Source: Podarcis muralis (taxonomy: Eukaryota). From it: a stretch of 64,000 nt of DNA. Shown here one piece after another: positions 60,646 through 64,000 of this stretch (positions are counted from its first letter, which is position 1; every line of letters begins with the position of its first letter). The position numbers and the translations under genes were made by a program. The notes under the pieces were generated by a model that made no database searches, had not been told where the DNA came from, and worked only from the letters and a program-made list of their open reading frames with translations. The stretch spans positions 10,416,001 to 10,480,000 of the forward strand of contig NC_135667.1 in assembly GCF_964188315.1 (NCBI RefSeq). Reading direction: 5' to 3'.

Positions 60646-60821
60646 AGATGGACATCAGAGCACAGCCAGATGCGGCCAGCCTCTGAACTGAGCTGAATCA
60701 CTGAGCTGAATCACAGAGCGAAATCACTGAGCGAAATCACTGGGCAGAACCAGTTCAGAGCTGACTGTTCTGGCTAGAGCACTGTGTTCCATCCATCGCC
60801 CTTCACGCCGGCATCGGAATC

Positions 60822-63800
60822 ATGGCTTCACTTGTGCCTCTACCGCCGTTTGCGCCAGCCTCTGAATCATGGGACTCCTACCTCGCTCGGTTCGACTGCT
60901 ACCTCCAAGCCAACGAACTGACAGCAGTATCACAGGATCGGAAGCGGGGCCTATTCCTCAGCCTCTGTGGGCCTGAGGTGTTTGAGACGGCCCGAGCGTT
61001 GGTTGCGCCTGAAGCAGTCCAGGCATCACCATGGGACACGATCCAAGAGAAGCTCCGCAACCACTACGCACCAAAGCCGTCCAAGATTGCTGCCCGCCAT
61101 GCGTTCTACCACAGGAACCAGGCAGAGGGGGAGTCAATCAACAACTACACCACCGCCCTGCGACAGGCTGCAATGCACTGTGAGTTCCGAGACTTAGACG
61201 ATGCCCTGATGGATCGAATCGTCTGCGGGGTCCGGGACATCCATCTGCAACGGCGTCTCCTAGCCAAGCCAGACCTCACGCTACAGAAAGCCATTGAGGA
61301 GGCTGTGGCCTCAGAAGCTGCTGAACGCTCCGCTCAGGAGATCCGCAAGTCCAGCAGCCTGCGTCTTGCTAGGGAGCCCGTTCCGGTGCATCATGAAGAG
61401 GCCAGCAGTGAGGAGGCATCCTCCAGTGAAGACGATGATGTGCACCAGACAAAGCGGGAGCGCAGGAAGTTCCAACAGAAGTCCAAGGGCCAACCGGAAT
61501 GTGCTGGCTGCGGAGGCAACCATTCCCGTGCCAAGTGTCGATTCAGAGACGCCATCTGTAGGAGGTGTTCCAGAAGGGGCCACATCGCTAAGGTCTGCCG
61601 ATCGGCTCCGTCTGACACCCCCCCTTCATCGACTCGCAAGTCCAAGTCTTCACTCCAGTCTGCCAAGGAAAGTTGTTTCGCTCTCACCAACTGCCGCTGC
61701 CCGTCTGGAACCACGATTGGCCAAACCGACTCGCCTACGAGACGCAAGCTGAACGTCACGGTGCTCATTGAAGGAGCTCCATGTGACATGGAGATCGACA
61801 CCGGGTCTGCCCTGTCCATCGTGTCATGGAGCACCATCAAAAGACTGGTACCCAGAGTGTCCAAAAGGCAACTCGACTCTCACCGCGTACACCTGAGAGA
61901 CTACCAGGGAAACGACGTTCCCGTGGTAGGCGTTGGCCGGTTCCGGATCGCCTTCAAGGATTTTTCGGGCCTGCTCCGGTTGGTGGTGGTCGAAGGTCAG
62001 CGGCCAAGCCTCCTAGGGCTAGACTGGTTTGATGCCCTCGGCCTGGAAGTCACCGGCATCAACTGCATCTCTAACGCAGAGACTGAGGGTCTGGTCAAAG
62101 ACTTTGCCGAGGTTTTTGACGGCACCTTGGGCCAATATACAGGTACGCCCATCTCCTTTAGCCTGGATCCACAAGTCGCCCCCATCAAGCTAAAGCCACG
62201 CCGGGTTCCCTTTGCTCTCAAGGCTAAGGTGGACGAACAACTGGACAAACTGATCGCCCAAGGAGTTTTGGAGCCGGTTGACCACGCAAAGTGGGAAACC
62301 CCCATCGTCACGCCTGTCAAGCCAGATGGGTCGGTGAGAATCTGCGCTGACTACAAGTGCACGATCAACAAGGCACTTCAGCAGCACGCTTATCCGGTTC
62401 CTGTTGTCCAACACCTGCTGCATTCCCTGGGTGAGGGTAAGGTCTTCGCTAAGCTGGACCTTGCCCAAGCCTATCAACAACTGCCAGTCGATGATGCCAC
62501 TGCTGAAGCCCAGACGATCGTCACCCACCGGGGGGCATTCCGTTGCCGCCGGTTGCAGTTCGGGGTGAGTGTGGCTCCTGGCATCTTCCAAGGCCTTATG
62601 GAGCGTCTCCTGCAAGGGCTTCCGGGCGTGGTACCATATTTTGATGACGTCTTGGTGTCTGCAGACTCACACCAGCAGCTGTTCGAGCGCCTCCGTGCCG
62701 TGCTGACCAGGTTCCAGGAGGCCGGGCTCAAGGTAAAAAGGGAGAAGTGCCAGATCGCCGTTCCACAGGTAGAGTTCCTGGGCTATCTTATCGATGCCTC
62801 CGGTCTTCATCCAACCACATCCAAGATCCGCGCTATCCAGCAGGCCCCCACTCCAAAGAACAAAACGGAGTTGCAGGCGTTCCTGGGGCTGCTGAACTTT
62901 TATAACATGTTCCTGCCCCACAAAGCCACAGTGGCTGAGCCTCTTCACCGACTCCTTAGCACTAAGACGCCTTGGGCCTGGGGTCATCGGGAGACGGCGG
63001 CTTTCAACGCGGTCAAGGCTCTCCTTTCTTCGGACAGTGTGCTGGTACAGTACAGTGAATCCAGGCCGCTGGTCCTTGCCTGCGACGCCTCACCTTTTGG
63101 CATCGGGGCTGTCCTTAGTCACCGTTTTCCAGATGGAAGAGAAGCACCGCTCGCCTACTTTTCCAGGACACTATCTCCGACGGAACGGAATTACAGCCAG
63201 CTCGACAAGGAGGCATTGGCACTTGTGGCTGGAGTGAAGAGGTTTCATGAATACCTCTATGGCAGGACTTTTGACCTCATCACTGACCACAAGCCACTCC
63301 TGGGCCTCCTCGCCGGTGATCGTCCAACTCCACCGGTCCTCTCACCACGCATGCTGCGATGGACTGTTTTCCTGGCTGCCTACCACTACCGGCTCATCCA
63401 CCGCCCGGGGAAATCGATGGGCCATGCCGACGCCCTCAGCCGTTGCCCTCTTCCAGCATTTGTGGAAGACCCGGCTCCAGCTTCATCGCTCCTTCTGATT
63501 GAGGATCTTCCGGCAGCGCCTGTGTCGGCTGCCACTGTGGCCTCCGCATCTGCCCAGGATCGCACCATCAGCCGGGTGCTCAACTGGGTGTGGAGGGGGT
63601 GGCCACAAGGGCCCTTTGCATCGGAATTCCAGCCCTTCGCAACCAGACAACATGAACTCTCAGCTCATCGCGGCTGTCTGCTGTGGGGAGACCGCGTCGT
63701 GATTCCCCAGGGACTCCGTCAGCGCGTCCTGGAGGCTCTGCACGTTGGCCACCCGGGAATTGTCAAAATGAAGGCGTTGGCTCGGTGTTACGTCTGGTGG

Positions 63801-64000
63801 CCTAATATGGACGATGCCATCACTGCCTGGGTGTCCGCCTGTCAAGCGTGCCAGGAGTCGAGGCCTGCACCACCGGCAGCTAAGGGATACACGTGGGAGA
63901 CGCCAAAGACACCCTGGTCGAGGGTGCACATCGATCTGGCTGGCCCCTTTCACGGCCGGACCTTTATGGTAGTGGTGGACGCCTATTCCAAATGGCTGGA
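60822..64000 (+). CDS. Gypsy (Mag-like) gag-pol polyprotein, open to the window end
   Basis: Translated by hand, 1059 codons without a stop: gag, CCHC knuckle CRRCSRRGHIAKVC, protease DTGS, RT YFDD (62637-62648), RNase H CDASPFGIGAVL, integrase HHCC and start of core (VHIDLAGP). Confidence 0.95.
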   Translation, partial: MASLVPLPPFAPASESWDSYLARFDCYLQANELTAVSQDRKRGLFLSLCGPEVFETARALVAPEAVQASPWDTIQEKLRNHYAPKPSKIAARHAFYHRNQAEGESINNYTTALRQAAMHCEFRDLDDALMDRIVCGVRDIHLQRRLLAKPDLTLQKAIEEAVASEAAERSAQEIRKSSSLRLAREPVPVHHEEASSEEASSSEDDDVHQTKRERRKFQQKSKGQPECAGCGGNHSRAKCRFRDAICRRCSRRGHIAKVCRSAPSDTPPSSTRKSKSSLQSAKESCFALTNCRCPSGTTIGQTDSPTRRKLNVTVLIEGAPCDMEIDTGSALSIVSWSTIKRLVPRVSKRQLDSHRVHLRDYQGNDVPVVGVGRFRIAFKDFSGLLRLVVVEGQRPSLLGLDWFDALGLEVTGINCISNAETEGLVKDFAEVFDGTLGQYTGTPISFSLDPQVAPIKLKPRRVPFALKAKVDEQLDKLIAQGVLEPVDHAKWETPIVTPVKPDGSVRICADYKCTINKALQQHAYPVPVVQHLLHSLGEGKVFAKLDLAQAYQQLPVDDATAEAQTIVTHRGAFRCRRLQFGVSVAPGIFQGLMERLLQGLPGVVPYFDDVLVSADSHQQLFERLRAVLTRFQEAGLKVKREKCQIAVPQVEFLGYLIDASGLHPTTSKIRAIQQAPTPKNKTELQAFLGLLNFYNMFLPHKATVAEPLHRLLSTKTPWAWGHRETAAFNAVKALLSSDSVLVQYSESRPLVLACDASPFGIGAVLSHRFPDGREAPLAYFSRTLSPTERNYSQLDKEALALVAGVKRFHEYLYGRTFDLITDHKPLLGLLAGDRPTPPVLSPRMLRWTVFLAAYHYRLIHRPGKSMGHADALSRCPLPAFVEDPAPASSLLLIEDLPAAPVSAATVASASAQDRTISRVLNWVWRGWPQGPFASEFQPFATRQHELSAHRGCLLWGDRVVIPQGLRQRVLEALHVGHPGIVKMKALARCYVWWPNMDDAITAWVSACQACQESRPAPPAAKGYTWETPKTPWSRVHIDLAGPFHGRTFMVVVDAYSKWL

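Noticed and set aside
61294-63953. Many short ORFs over the Gypsy region
   Set aside because: Alternate-frame and antisense shadows of the GC-rich gag-pol ORF.

Overview
Vertebrate (squamate, probably lacertid lizard) chemoreceptor locus; no prokaryotic features. Bases 1-35.5 kb hold three tandem plus-strand vomeronasal type-2 receptor (V2R, class C GPCR) genes with canonical 6-exon structure and open spliced frames. Exon 1 of gene A ends just before the window. Only 1.6 kb downstream begins a cluster of four intact intronless class II olfactory receptor (OR) CDSs (three +, one -) plus an 83-bp near-identical copy of the start of the fourth OR. Introns and spacers carry Sauria SINEs, CORE-type SINEs, a tRNA-Ile SINE, Bov-B, L2 and L1-like LINEs, Tc1/mariner-superfamily MITEs and solo LTRs; many were delimited with TSDs and paralogous empty sites. 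The window ends inside a Gypsy LTR retrotransposon with an 18-nt tRNA-Ser(GCU) PBS and an uninterrupted gag-pol ORF missing from the ORF track. Main leads: (1) a conserved homeodomain+O/E-like promoter block upstream of the three + ORs resembling the mammalian H/P-element core; (2) a V2R-OR junction where V2R-C has lost its paralogous polyA signal and may read into the OR1 promoter; (3) an intron-3 stop plus AATAAA in all three V2Rs that could yield soluble ectodomains; (4) mosaic V2R paralogs; (5) an OR whose C-terminus and stop come from a SINE; (6) a TSD-flanked 5'-inverted Bov-B. All alignments were done by eye; family names and literature motifs are from memory and need database confirmation.
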